A DNA stretch of 62,743 bases, the filler included, from Aduncisulcus paluster (lineage: Eukaryota), in NCBI GenBank assembly GCA_024181965.1. It is 8 parts of 8 records of this genome, joined end to end, with 100 filler letters (N's around TTAATTAATTAA, not from the genome) between each part and the next. Parts side by side here need not be neighbours in the genome. Positions count along the whole stretch, not along the records: positions 34,040 to 39,576 come from BQXS01012343.1; positions 39,677 to 42,246 come from BQXS01012344.1; positions 42,347 to 54,358 come from BQXS01012345.1; 5 more parts are not named here. One strand, 5' to 3'. Each line of letters opens with the position of its first letter. The first letter of the stretch is position 1. Shown here one piece after another: positions 37,500-50,500 of this stretch. Both the position numbers and the translations under genes were made by a program. Under the pieces are notes generated by a model. It searched no databases, had not been told where the DNA came from, and worked only from the letters and a program-made list of their open reading frames with translations.

Positions 37500-38054
37500 A
37501 TGACAGAACCTTCTGTTTTATCAGAAACAATTAAAAATATTTTTGAAAGGAGAAGCTGTAGATCTTTCTTGCCAGACCCGATACCTGAAAGTGACATCAA
37601 GGTTATTGCCGAAGCTGCTAGAGCCAGCCCAAGTTCTCGAAATTATCAAAATTTAAATGTATTCGTACTTTCTGGGAAGGAAGTTGTATCCTCTTTTAAT
37701 AAGGCGGTGTCTTCGATGATTGATTTTTTCTATGGTGCTCCCCTTGTTTATATTATCACAGCCAATCCAATAGAGGGTCATTCGAAACAATCTCTTGATT
37801 TTTCTTCTGGTATTTATTCAATGAGTATCCAAATTGCTGCGAAATCTCTTGGATATGAAAGTGTTGCGATTGGAGGTTTGAATGGGGAAAAGATGTGCAA
37901 GAGTGTAATTGATCAATTAAAACTAAAATTTACATCTTTTCCTTGGTCTGAATATCCAGATCACATCGTCGAATTATGCGTCGCTGTTGGAAAGCCAAAC
38001 CTAGATGATGTAAGATCAAAACCTGATCGTAAACATTGTATTTATATGAAATAG
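37500..38054 (+). CDS. Nitroreductase family protein (FMN-dependent)
   Basis: IFERRSCRSF...AARASPSSRNYQ...FFYGAP...IQIAAKSLGYES...VAVGKP; ATG at 37500. Confidence 0.92.
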   Translation: MTEPSVLSETIKNIFERRSCRSFLPDPIPESDIKVIAEAARASPSSRNYQNLNVFVLSGKEVVSSFNKAVSSMIDFFYGAPLVYIITANPIEGHSKQSLDFSSGIYSMSIQIAAKSLGYESVAIGGLNGEKMCKSVIDQLKLKFTSFPWSEYPDHIVELCVAVGKPNLDDVRSKPDRKHCIYMK

Positions 38055-38276
38055 TGAAATGGATTTTCGAATGTCCCTTCCTTTTCACAAATTTCTACGT
38101 TGACAGATCTTTCTGTTATCCCTCTACGGCAATTGCTCTCTCGCTGGTTTATCTTCATTTAAAATAAGTTTATTTCGATTTTTGTAAATAAAATCCAATA
38201 ATAATTACAGTTAATACAAAGAACATTTGTTCATCACTCTGATATATGTTATGATGATGTTTTTGTGGCTCCTGGA

Positions 38277-39576
38277 ATGGGTTGTACATCTAGTGTTGCA
38301 ACTACAAAGAAATATTCTTATAAATCCATTATTGATTTTGTTAATCACGAACTAGATGAAAAAAAACCTGAATCTCTGGCTATTGATGGGGTCCATCTCA
38401 AAATTACCTCTTGCCATGTTCCTATACATGAATATATATCATTACCATACTGTCTAGCATCTCTATCAAATGATAATATTTTAGTTTTATGTAGTGGCTC
38501 GCAATTAGTTGCCATAGATCTATATGATCGTCAACGCTATCAATCTGTTGATATATCAGATATATTTTCTTCTCCATGTGTTCAACCAATATGTTATCAG
38601 GATAAAGTTTTTCTTTTTCAACATCCAATTAACCCTTCCCTTTTTTCTAGCGATTCAGAAATATTTCGTATTTTTTCCAAAGATCCCTCGGTAATTGTAC
38701 CAAATAGCAAATCTACAACATTACAAACAGAAATGCCCACTTCTTCTTCTCCTCTATTTGTTTTCTCATGTTTTCTTTGTGATATATGGGAAGGTAATAC
38801 TAATTTGCGTCATGTATCAACAGCTCCATGTCCTCTCGCGGCATCGCATGCTGTTTTATATCCAGATATTCATGGGGAAGACCGATTTTGTGTTATCCCC
38901 TCTGTTGACAGATCTAATGTTATTATGTATGATCTGCAACGTTCGTCATTTCTGGAACCTGTTCTTTTACTCAATCAATCAATTTCATACATTATTCAGC
39001 AGCATATCGTTCTCCCTGAGAAAGAATCGTGGCCCCAGCCATCAGATCTGCTCACCTGCGTCCATTCTCATTCACCTGATCTCCCTTCCAATCAGGAATT
39101 AACCAAGAACCAGGCCAAAGAAAATGATCCATATCATAAACATCACTCTGAAACACTAAAAAAATCCTCAAAATTTCAAATTTCTTCTCCGACCTTATCA
39201 ATTTCTAATCCCTTAAATTTTGCCAACAAGACTTGTTCTATGATGAGCAGCCAATATACAGTCGTTGGTCTAATGTCTCCAAGAAGCTTGGTCTCATCGG
39301 ATATTGACTTGATCACATCATCTGTCATCACTTCAACTTCTTCAACTTCCTCCTCTTCTTCTTCCTCTTCCTCCTCTTCCTCTTCCTCCTCTTCTTCCTC
39401 CACAACTTCTTCAATTCTGCTTTCAGAACATCCTTCAGGAAGGCCTTGTTCGTCAGTTCAGCCTTCTTCAAGTTTCATTATCCCTGCTCTTCCTATCGAT
39501 TCTGCTGAAGATGACATCAAAGCCAAAGGACAACATTTTTCAAACATTACAGGAATAGACGACACACAACAGCACG
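38277..39576 (+). CDS. Hypothetical protein with N-terminal acylation motif, 3'-truncated
   Basis: Starts MGCTSS (myristoylation/palmitoylation consensus); open to the contig end. Confidence 0.7.
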
Positions 39577-39676
39577 NNNNNNNNNNNNNNNNNNNNNNNN
39601 NNNNNNNNNNNNNNNNNNNNTTAATTAATTAANNNNNNNNNNNNNNNNNNNNNNNNNNNNNNNNNNNNNNNNNNNN

Positions 39677-40790
39677 TAGCCACTGTGATCAGCAACATTA
39701 TAATATCCGGCAGTGAGCTCGGCGGCGTGGGATGGATCGTTGTACCACCAGTGGATTCCAGCAATCTTACTGGCAAGACCAAGCTCTGGGAAGTTAAGGA
39801 AAGCATATTGGGCCATTTGAAGAATATCGTCTCCGTGTTGGATCATAACATCGGCATACCAGGTCAAGAAAGCGATACCATAGGGGGTGTCAAAACCAGA
39901 AGTAAAGAATTCAGTGTCAGACACGACAGAATTATAAGATCCCGCATCGGTGGGAGGCGTGTTCCACTCTGAGTGTCCTTGATCAGTGGCATAATCAGCC
40001 CAGGAGTCGAGCATGTACTTATCCCAACATTGGAAGGCACCCACACCCGGGAATGACCACTTATCACTTGGATAAGAAGGGTATCTGAGTTCTCCGGCAG
40101 GTCCCATACCGACTTGGATCTCATTAATGGTGCCATCGTTGATGTAATCTGCGAGGCTCTGGGCAAAAGCGACCATAAAGTTATAGTAGAGGTTCAAAGC
40201 AGTTTTACCATTGACAAACTTTACATTGTCAGCAGAGAGAGAGAGACACTCCTCGTCAACATTTCCCCATTGGTCTTTATAGAGAAGATCATTGTTACGG
40301 GCAGGCTCCAAGACCCAATCAGGAAGGGGAATATCACAATCGTCTCCAACATTTCCTCCACATTCATGGAAAGACATCACAAATTGCATGTTCATTCCTT
40401 TGGACTTGACGAGCTCTGTAAGTTCAACATAACCAGAGAAATCATATGAGTTTTCACCATCACGTTGAACAATACCCCACCAACAGTCAGACATAATTGC
40501 ATCAGTTCCAACAGAAACTAATTTATCTAATTCTGATGATAACTTGTCCTTATCGCTTAGCTGACCATCATTTGTGAGAACATCAAGGGGAAGCATGACT
40601 ATTCAAATAATAATAATAACAATACAAATTTCAAAATAAAAGTGAAAAGAAAATAATAAGAATACTACGTTTCATGGAGACATAGAATGAGATATCAAAA
40701 CATGGAGAACATACCAGATACATCTGATCTTCTGGCATAGGAGAGTGTAATAACACATAAGATCAAAAAAACAAGGAAATTTGCCTTCAT
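39677..40790 (-). CDS. Secreted beta-amylase (GH14); exon 1 40790-40715, intron 40714-40599; 3'-truncated
   Basis: VMLPLD, DCWWG, MSFHECGGNVGD, GPAGELRYPSY, KIAGIHWWY, HAAELTAGYYN; spliced signal peptide MKANFLVFLILCVITLSYA. Confidence 0.95.
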
Positions 40791-41080
40791 TATATTCAAA
40801 CTGGTATCAAAAGGTTGAAAATCTAGGAAGTCATGAATACATCAATAAAATATCAATTCATCAATATTTTTATCCAAAAAATAACTTTATTATAATAAGA
40901 CGACATAGTAATATAAAACTAACAGATGAATAGACGGATTGGGCAGGAAATCCGCTTTTTGGGAAACAACAAGATAAATCAGACAAGAATCAAGTTATTC
41001 TTTTTCTTTGACATTAGATTTATTATTTGTCTTTATTTTCGACGAAATATTATTGTTTTTTTTTTATCAGTTTCCATACA

Positions 41081-42246
41081 ATGTCTCTATCCTTGCAGAA
41101 AAAGGTTATTGAAAACTCTGATTTCAGGATAGACATAAAGCATACCAAACAATGTATGTTGGCTTCTTTATTTGTTGGATTATGTTCTTAATCAAGAATT
41201 TTTTTTTCATTTTCCGTTTTATCCTTACATTTTACATATTTATCCATTAATTCTTGCCTATATTCATCTATAGATCATATTCCACCGCATATTAACAATG
41301 AATCAAAGAGGACACAATTTAATACCATTCATGTTAATGCCATGAAACAAGATAGCAAATCCACTCATAAACATCCAATTATTGGCGGAAAAAAGTTGTC
41401 CTTTTTTGATTTATTCCTTCACGTGGAAGTGAGGGGGGGTTTAGAAGCCGTATATCATAACAAGCGTTTCAAAGAGATTGGACAGGCCATGGGTATTCCC
41501 GAAGCAGTTACCGCAGTTGGATACTTGCTTAGAAAGAAATACGAGAGGTTTATTTCCCCATATATTCATATCCTGAGACCAAATATTTGGCCAGATAGTC
41601 CGGCTACTCGTGTATTCTCCCCTTCTCCTCCTCCGAAAAAAATTGAACCCCATGCAATTACCACAAAAATAGACGATCCTAAAATAGACGATCCTAAAAT
41701 AGACGATCCTAAAATATCTGTTCCTCCCCAAATGGATACGTCCTCTGATTTCCAGGTATTCTCTCATCCCACAGGTCTCCATTGTGCTCATTCATCTTCT
41801 GCATTCCAATCATATCTCATGGAAGCTAATGATCCCTCGATCCCAAACAGTAACAGTATTAATGTTGCAGATAGGACTGTTCTGTTCTCTTCAGAACCAT
41901 TTAAACAAAGGTCAATGGAAGGCTGTGTGGAATCTACTGGCCTGGGGGGGTCTTCTTTTGATATGATTCATCCTTCTTCATGCGTTGTTAATAACACTAC
42001 ATCTGTGGATAGTGGTTGTGATAGTTTACACCAACGTGGCCATCCATTCATGTTCAAAAAGAGAAGCTATCCAACTACCGTCCCAATTGCCTCTTCCTCC
42101 TCTCTTCCTTCCTCCTCTCTTCCTTCTTCTTCCGTTTGTTCCTCATCTCCTTCATATATAGGTACCCAATGTTTATCTACTCCGTCTTCATTATGTAAAA
42201 ATGGTAATTGTAATCAGTATCCCCATGCACATCCGTCTCATCCTTC
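41081..42246 (+). CDS. ARID-domain protein, paralogue of 10659-13661; intron 41154-41273; 3'-truncated
   Basis: PIIGGKKLSFFDLFLHVEVRGG...VGYLLRKKYERFISPY...IWPDSPA; phase-1 GTATGT...TAG intron joins in frame. Confidence 0.88.
41666..41716 (+). repeat. 15-bp coding tandem repeat (KIDDP x3)
   Basis: aaaatagacgatcct three times. Confidence 0.9.
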
Positions 42247-42346
42247 NNNNNNNNNNNNNNNNNNNNNNNNNNNNNNNNNNNNNNNNNNNNTTAATTAATT
42301 AANNNNNNNNNNNNNNNNNNNNNNNNNNNNNNNNNNNNNNNNNNNN

Positions 42347-44121
42347 CTTTTCAAATCTAACTTCGCGAAAATCTTCTTCCCAATAAATTGCGAGTTACAA
42401 AAAATGTCGTCCAACCTCGGCATGGGAAACTCATTCCCCTTGATCAACCTATTCAGAGGCTTACAATCTATACAAACTCTTCCAGGAGAATCTGGCTTAG
42501 GGGCCACCGTTACATTGGACGAGAACTCAGAAGTAGACGGTCTGATCTTGCCCTGAGATAACCATTCCTTGATTTGGTTGTTAATCACGGTTGTCTTCTC
42601 CAAAGAATGATGTCTGTGGTCGGCCACGTAGACGGAATCAGGATCCCTCAATTCAAACGAGACCGGAGTCACCTTAGCGAACTCCTCTGACTTAATTCGA
42701 CCCTTATATTCCAACAATAAACGCTCGACCTTCGTTCTTCCCTTTTCCGATAATGCATCGAACGAGTCAGGCAGCAAATCCTCCTCCAAACCATCATCCT
42801 CATCAAGATCTATCTTAGGCAGAGATTTGATTTCAACAAGACCAGTTTTATGGGCAGTCTCAGCGCATAACAACAACTGATGTCTACTATCCACAGACAT
42901 TGGCATCACAAGGCACTCTTCCTTGAAATTCAAATTCTTACCAGCAATACCTTCCACCTTAACATACACCGTGGCAATTTCATTAATCACCATTTCAGAA
43001 CCATTAGCAAGTTCAATTGTATGATTCACAGGTCTTAAAGCAGGATGGATCTCTTTAACCACGGCCTCATCTATCACAGAATACATTGAACATCCCGTAT
43101 CCGGTAATAAACGTATCTTCTTCCTAAAGCCTCCCTCCAAAATAGAGGAAACTTCAGCAGGGACCGTAACGTCAATTTCTGATCTTCCCAGATCCTTCAA
43201 AGCAGAATCTTCCAGACCATCAGACTTCTTCACACATTTCACAGAATATTTACCTTTGCCTTTACTACGGTCACCACTCTTATGATCAGGATTATCCCGC
43301 AGTTTCTTAAGCAATTTCTGTTTCAATCGGCAAAATCTTTCAATGTGTCCCTTCCTACGACAAAAATTACATTCAATGCCCTTCCTTGAACCACCAGAAG
43401 GTCTTTCATCCTTGCCAGTCTTTGGAGTAAACAAAGGCATTGTCCCGGAAGAGACAACAGCCACAGAACCACCTTGAGAAGAAGCAGATCCCATTTCTTT
43501 CTCCAATCCAAACATCGCAGGACCATAACGTCCAATCTGTTTCTGGGTAGTCCTTAAATCTTTCAACTCCTCCGAAACCTTCTGAACAGCAGCCTTAAGA
43601 TCTTCCTCCGTTCCTTTCAACCTCAATTCAGGTAATACAGCGTCATATACACTCGGAGGGTACGCATTTCTCAGAAAAATCTCCACAATAGTGGAGTCCA
43701 CTCCTAGGTCAGGAGCCTGACTCACAATCCTTTTAAAATTGGTGACATATTTAATAAATGCTGTCACTGACAAAGATTTCTCCATAACCACCGTAAAAAG
43801 TTCGGTGTGTAAATCATAGGACGTGGCAGGAGCATCCAGCGAGAAAAGATCTTTCTTAAACTTCTTAGCTTCCTCATCCGTCGAAACTTTCTTCGTTCCG
43901 GTCACATCCAGTAAAGCAGCACGTAAAGGAGCGTCAATCAACTTAAACCAATGCGCTGGTTTCTTCACGGTCTTATCCGCGGCGTACGCTTCATATCTTA
44001 GGAAAAAATCGTTTAAATTTTCCAAAGAATACTCCTTAAGAGTAGGAGCAACAACTTTTGTTTCACTTCCACCTTCAACGGCGGGGGTACTTGAATTCGT
44101 ACTAGAATCTACTGTTGGCAT
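42347..44121 (-). mobile_element. Ty3/Gypsy LTR retrotransposon gag-pol, single frame, truncated within RT
   Basis: CCHC knuckle CNFCRRKGHIERFC; protease LLPDTGCS; RT start SSNVTVAPK..GRVCIDCKPLN..FPMPRLDD..FAKLDLK; protease directly followed by RT. Confidence 0.93.
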
Positions 44122-44168
44122 CTTAGCACTAATATTATTGTTGATCCGAAGTAAATTAATAATATGGC

Positions 44169-44374
44169 TGTAAGCAAATTTATTCTTTGTTCCATGTTCG
44201 CGCTAAATAGAGATACAAAAACTCTAGTTTTCAAAACACAAAAAGCTTGACCTTCCGAACATCGAGTTAAGACATTATAACGAAGTATAAATGTTAATTA
44301 TAATATCAGATTATAATTTATAAAATAAAATAGATAATAAAGATTTATATTCTGTCATCCATGGACCCATGACA
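44169..44374 (-). repeat. Candidate 5' LTR (~206 bp)
   Basis: Minus strand TGTCAT...AATAAA...TTACA ends 48 nt upstream of the gag ATG; partner LTR is not in the window. Confidence 0.5.
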
Positions 44375-44541
44375 TTATTCTACAATTTACAACATTTGCT
44401 TTTAAACATTTACTCGTCAAATTCCCATCAAATAGTAAAAAAACAAAATTTTCAAAATTTTAAATTTTGAAAAAATTGACGTTTCTGAAACGGTTTCAAA
44501 TTTATTAATTTAATTTAATTATAGATCATTTAGATTTCAAA

Positions 44542-47500
44542 TTACATAAAAGGTGTAGCATTCGACCAAGATGGATGTTTGGCACCATCAATTGACGTAT
44601 CAAAAGTGCTTTCATCAGTCACTCTATGATTTGATCCTCCGAGAACACCACCACACTCTGGACATTTGGAGGTTACTGTTGCTCCACCACAATCTCCAAT
44701 ATAATACAATAATCCACATTTATGTTTGAACCAATGACCTTCGAGCGAGTATGAATGTTGCTGCTCTTTCATTCCTTTATCAATTAATTCTTTCTCTTCT
44801 TTTGAGAGTGGACGATCCTTTGAAAGTGGGTTTTGGAACATTTTTCGCTTGACTTTCTGCCACAAATTCCACATCGGACGCCAGTACCGTTCATATCGCC
44901 AAGAGAGGCACAATGGAGTTCCACAACCACATGGACATGTCATGGGACGAATCTCTGCATCTTCTGCTTGGGCTTGAACATACTTATGCATCATAAATTG
45001 ATCGGCCTCGTCAACAAGCATGATGTGTCCGTACTTCTCAATTCTTTCAATTGAACCATATTCTTCGCTATCCTCTGCAGAATCGTAGTCGTCGTCATAC
45101 ATACCATCCCTTTCTTTTCCATGTTCTCTCCCAATTACTTCAACTTTCTCACATTCCTTAAAATAGTAAACTCTTCTACTGGGATACTCCCTTAAAATAT
45201 CAATGATAGGGTCCAATTCGATAACACTTATAGCCTTTTTATAAGCTTCTGGTTCATGAATAGGGCAAGGTGGACATGGTTCTCCACACATTCCTCGGCA
45301 GTCGCATCCACAACGCAATTGTTTATCACAATACTCATCACAGAAAGATACGGAGCATTTCTCATGGCATTGTTTCAGGCATCTACGATGTTCACAGCCG
45401 TTCACACATCGTTCCCGACATGGAATACACGGTTCAATACAAGACTTGCTGCATGAGGAATGCTCACATCTAAATTCACAACGGTCTTTACACTTACACT
45501 TGAGAGGTATCGACTTTGCCTCGGCTTCAGAGTGTTTGTAGCAAGGGATGGAACATTTATGCCCACATGTAAGCTCATGGTTGCATGGATGTGTGCACTT
45601 GCAAGGTCCTGAGTGACATTTTCTTTGGCATGGCAGTCCACATCTGCTACATTCTTTTCCACAGATCCTTTGGCATGGACCAGGCGTTTTCTGGTGGCAG
45701 TAATAATCGATTGGATGATGGCAGACTCCACAATCGACTGAGAGTTTGGTCATACAGTTGTAAGACGTACATGGCTTTTCATGCCCACATGATTTGGCAC
45801 ATGCATGTCCACATGGTTTGATAAGGCCACACATACAGGGGCATCGAGGTTGAGGGAATCTTTCCATCCTTCCGAGAAGACTTGGGTGCAATTCATATGA
45901 GCGTCTACAAAGCTGGTGAGCAATGACTTTTGGATTTTGTGCATAGAATTTATCATCAAACTCAGTAATATGGCAATGTAAACATGGAACAGTGGTCGAG
46001 GAAAAAGTATGATGATTATTTTTGTCAAGATTATACACCTGATCCACGATAGCCTTACGATTGAGAGTGTCAATATCGTAATCCAATGTTATCTTATCTC
46101 CATGCTCAGTGAATAGATCCCGAACTTCATCACATTCCAAGATCCATGAATGTCCGCATGATCCAGTATAACCGACAGGATGTTTGCAAGGAACACACTT
46201 CCTGAAGGTCCGATCGGCAGGGAAACACTTGTAGCATTGTGCTCGGCAGATGTTCTTGCAAATCTCACACTCGTGCCCACATTCTTTCAGGCAGGTAACC
46301 AAGTTGTGAGGAAAGTTATGACAAGGGAGTACACAAGTATGTCCACAGTGCATTCTTTTGTCACATTTGTGTTCGCAGGGAGACAAAATCCTGTCAAACC
46401 TATCCAATAGATCACTTCCTTTCTGAACAACCACATCAGTGTCGTGTTTCATGCAGCCAACTCTTAAAGGAACTGCTGCATTTCTGACACCTCCGTTCGT
46501 AAGGACATGATTATAAACATTTCTCCATATGGCATTCTTTGATTTCGACCCAAAGATATCACGATGCCCGACAATCATCATGAACTTCTTCGCACGAGAC
46601 AAAGCAACAAGAATTCTGTTTTCTCGGCTCACAAATCCACACCGATCTGTTCTAGTCAAAGAGACGAACACGACATCGGCTTCTTCCCCCTGAAAAGAAT
46701 CATTGGTTACAACTCGTATTTGCTTTAACACAGAAGGGGATAAAATCTTGGTCATCACTCCTTTACAATCTTTTCCATATTTGCCATGAAATTTTTCCTT
46801 CACAGATTCGGCAGATTTTCGCAATTCTTCCCTCATTCTCATGCATTGTCCCTTGTACATGGCGAGAATAGCAATCTCATTCGGAGGAACACCTTGGAAC
46901 AGAAGCATCAGGACGAGACTGCAGATCAAAGAACATTCGTACATGTTTGAATGTGAACGTGAGCTCCGAGATGAATCTTGTTTCTCATTGTGCTCACAAA
47001 ATATGATTCGAGAGCCCATAAATGTTGGAATGAGTCCAATTCCCTTTGAAAACTCAGAATCTATCAAATAAGGAGCGAGATTAGTTGCTCGAAGCATCTG
47101 AGCAATTGGAGGAGCCATTCTTCGTTGGACTTTGAGCAAACAGGTCTTGCCAAAATGAGTACAATGCTGAGAGATATATTCAAACAAAGAAACATCGAAG
47201 TTATACAATTCATCGGTTCCAAAACGCTTACCCTTTTTGAAATAATTGCTTGAAAGCTCATGTTCCACCTCAGGCCTGAGCTGATTGTGATCTCCAAGCA
47301 TGACAACATGCTGTAACGATGGAAGCAACAAAGCAACATTTTGTGCCATGTTCATCTCTCCGCTCTCTTCACAAATCAATGTGGTTGGCCGGAGTTCTCG
47401 CAGAAGGTTCAATTCTCTGGCAGCAACATTGGATGTCATAGCTAATAAAGGAGTCTGTTTAAGTCCATAGGCATCTCTGATACTACGATATAATTTCAAA

Positions 47501-50500
47501 TCGTCGTGGTATTTCCGGCATTCTTTCAAAGCATTGGGCAGTTCTTTCCTCACTCTTTCGTTGATGTGTTGCAAACGAGTGTAAAAGAACCTCAAACGAG
47601 AGAAGAGATTGATTTCCCAGAGAGAAGCTCCATGGCTTGCGCACAAACCAACAAAATCCTCAAACTCACTGTGATATCTCTCCAAATCTTTCTGCAGAAG
47701 CCTGGCTCTGTTTTCTTCTCTTAGCTCTCTCATCTCAAGTTCATAATAACGATCTTCTTCCTCCATATCGTTTTCCTTGTACTCGGCGTCAGCAATGTAC
47801 TGTTCAAATGAGTTTTCTTCGTCGATACTTTCATCTGATCTAGCAACAATGCTATCAATTTGATCCCTGTCAAGAACAATACTATCATAAGCTTCTGGTT
47901 CCTTCTCTCCTTCATCAAATTTTCCAAATTCATCCTCCTCTTCTTCCTCCTCTTCTTCCTCTTCATCACCTTCTTTGTGATAGATTCTGATATGAGGTCT
48001 CGATTCACTTGACTTTTGTTCCATTGCATCATCGATAAAACTTTGTTTCCCAATAATACCGAATATTTTAAGGATATTACTTACATTTGAAAAAGGTTTG
48101 GATAGTAATCTTCGGAATATCTTTGTATCTATATTAAAAAAGCCAAACTTATTTTTTCGAACATATCTAAATTTTAAAAGATCTTCCACAAGGCCACAAA
48201 TAATGGTACAAAGCTCGAGAACGTATGCTTTGACATTTCTAATAGTTAGCCAAATTTGTAGGGCTGCATTAGGCAATAAAAGAGTTCTTAACGAAGATTC
48301 TGCGAACCTTAAATAGAAATCCTGATACCTACCCCTCGTTGTTTGGTCTCCACTTCTCTTTTTGAGATCTGAAATGAGTTTCTTCAAATCTGATGCACAC
48401 GAAATAATTTCGGATAGATTGATGCTTTGAGAAGAGTAGCGAAGAGAAGGAGCATCGGGTGCAGATATTTTAACAGTAAAATAAAAAGGAACTTGAATCA
48501 GAGCAAACGAGATGGAGTAAACAAAGGGTGTAGGAAATGTTTTGATAATTCTAAAGAAAAAATCTTTCAAAGCCTTAGAAACATCAACACGCTTATAATT
48601 TCGGTTAAGAATCTCATCACTGGCAAACAGCGGACTTTCGAGGATTTTGATGGCTTCAACACTCTGGAAACATGATTTTGTCATGTTTTCAACATTGGCT
48701 TCAGCATCGTTCTTCATAGAAATAAGATCACGCTCAGACTTTCCAAATTTGGCTGTCAAACTCGCGTTAACTTCCCTCGAGACCTTTGATCTATTCTTAA
48801 TCTCTTGTCTAATCTCCTTTTCGTGGATATTTCTCGCCAATATTTTTTCGTTGATGGTTCTTGGCCTTCCTCCGAACCTAATCAGGTTTGGAATATCCTC
48901 AATGACCCCTTCAAGGACTCCATCGAGAGCTTGATTTGTGAGACACACGAGAAGAATGGGACCATTTGTCAATCTGTTCTTATATAACGTACGAATGATG
49001 TGACGACCACAGAAAGATTTTCCTGTTCCGGGGCCACCTTCAATCACACTGAATGGTTGGGTCACAGCAGTCACAATCGCACGGATCTGTGTTGCATCAG
49101 GTTGGAGTGTATATTTACGCCCATTAAAACGAATAGAATGCGGCGGATCCAATCCTTGAGACGGGTCATAGAAGATGGCTGGAGCTGATGCAGCCAACAT
49201 AATCCCTTGATGATCGACATGATCAGAATCTTCTTCTTCTTCTTCTTCTTGGTGGCGATGTTGTTCACGTTGATTATTGTTAGCACCATCCCCACGATGT
49301 TGTTTCATGCCTGTCTTCCCCTCCATGTTATCTTCATGGACAAAAGAGAACTTCACAGCACTCTGTTCTTCTGTAATTCCCTTGAATTCGGCCACAGATT
49401 GCTCCCATTTGGCATCATCAAGAGCCATAAGCTCATCTCGACCAATAACATCGGCATCATCTCTTGTGATATGAGCTTTCTGCTCAACATGTACAGTGTC
49501 AACTGGGATAGTAAGAGGAAATCTGTGATTACTTGGAATAACACTAAGTTCGTAGAAATGTGAGATATTTATCATCTTGGATGCACCAAAGTCAGCCCCG
49601 GGTTCCACGGATGAATCGACAGGCTTTTCTCTGGCAACGCAAATGTGTTCATGTCCTGGGAAACGTTGAATAATCTGAAGATTTCTTGGAGCAGAAAGAA
49701 ATTGAGGAGCTTGTAGACCCCCCGAATTGAGTCCATGACGCAGGATAATATCAGAAAATGAGATGTGGTCTCTCTCAAGTGATTGCAGGGCTTCAAGAAC
49801 AGGCTTTGTTGCGACCCACAGACTGTTCGTTTGGAATATATCGTATTCATTCGTGAAGTCGAACTTATCAGGGTTCAAGATAATTATATCAATCTCCCGA
49901 TAAAGTAATAATTCTTCCCTGGTTTTCAAATCTTCTCCATACTTGTTATACTTAGTTTTAAATTGATGCCGAAAGGGACAGTAAACAATCCCAGCAAAAA
50001 GTTGACTCATTTTGTTTGCGGTCGGAGTTAGGAAAACGAGTTGTTGATGAGCAAGGAAATCTGTTCTTGCCAAGTTCTCAAGGACAGCGTTGGAAGTAAG
50101 TGATTGATGTGTGCGTCGATTAAAGAATATTCTTTTCTCAAGCATTTTGGGCCAGATTGGAAGCTTAAATCTGATACTGCCGCCTCCTTCTCCTCCTTCC
50201 TTCGCCATTGCATGGTTAAATACCATGAGATCCCTTTCATCCAACTCGTTATGAAGAGAAGCACGCAATCCTTCTTCAAGAGGAATGAGGAAATCTTTTC
50301 GACACAGCGTGAACAAAGTGTGCAAAAGCTGCTTCTCGGATGTAAAGCCTGGATTTCCGACACTTGTGCGAATTGGTAAGGGTCGGAGACGATTGAATAT
50401 TGCTTTCTCTTGAAGGGAAAAGCTTGAGCGTGAACGAATACACCAATTGGATTTTTTACGTTTTGGAGCCATTCGTTCTTGCTGGAGAATGTCATCCGGT

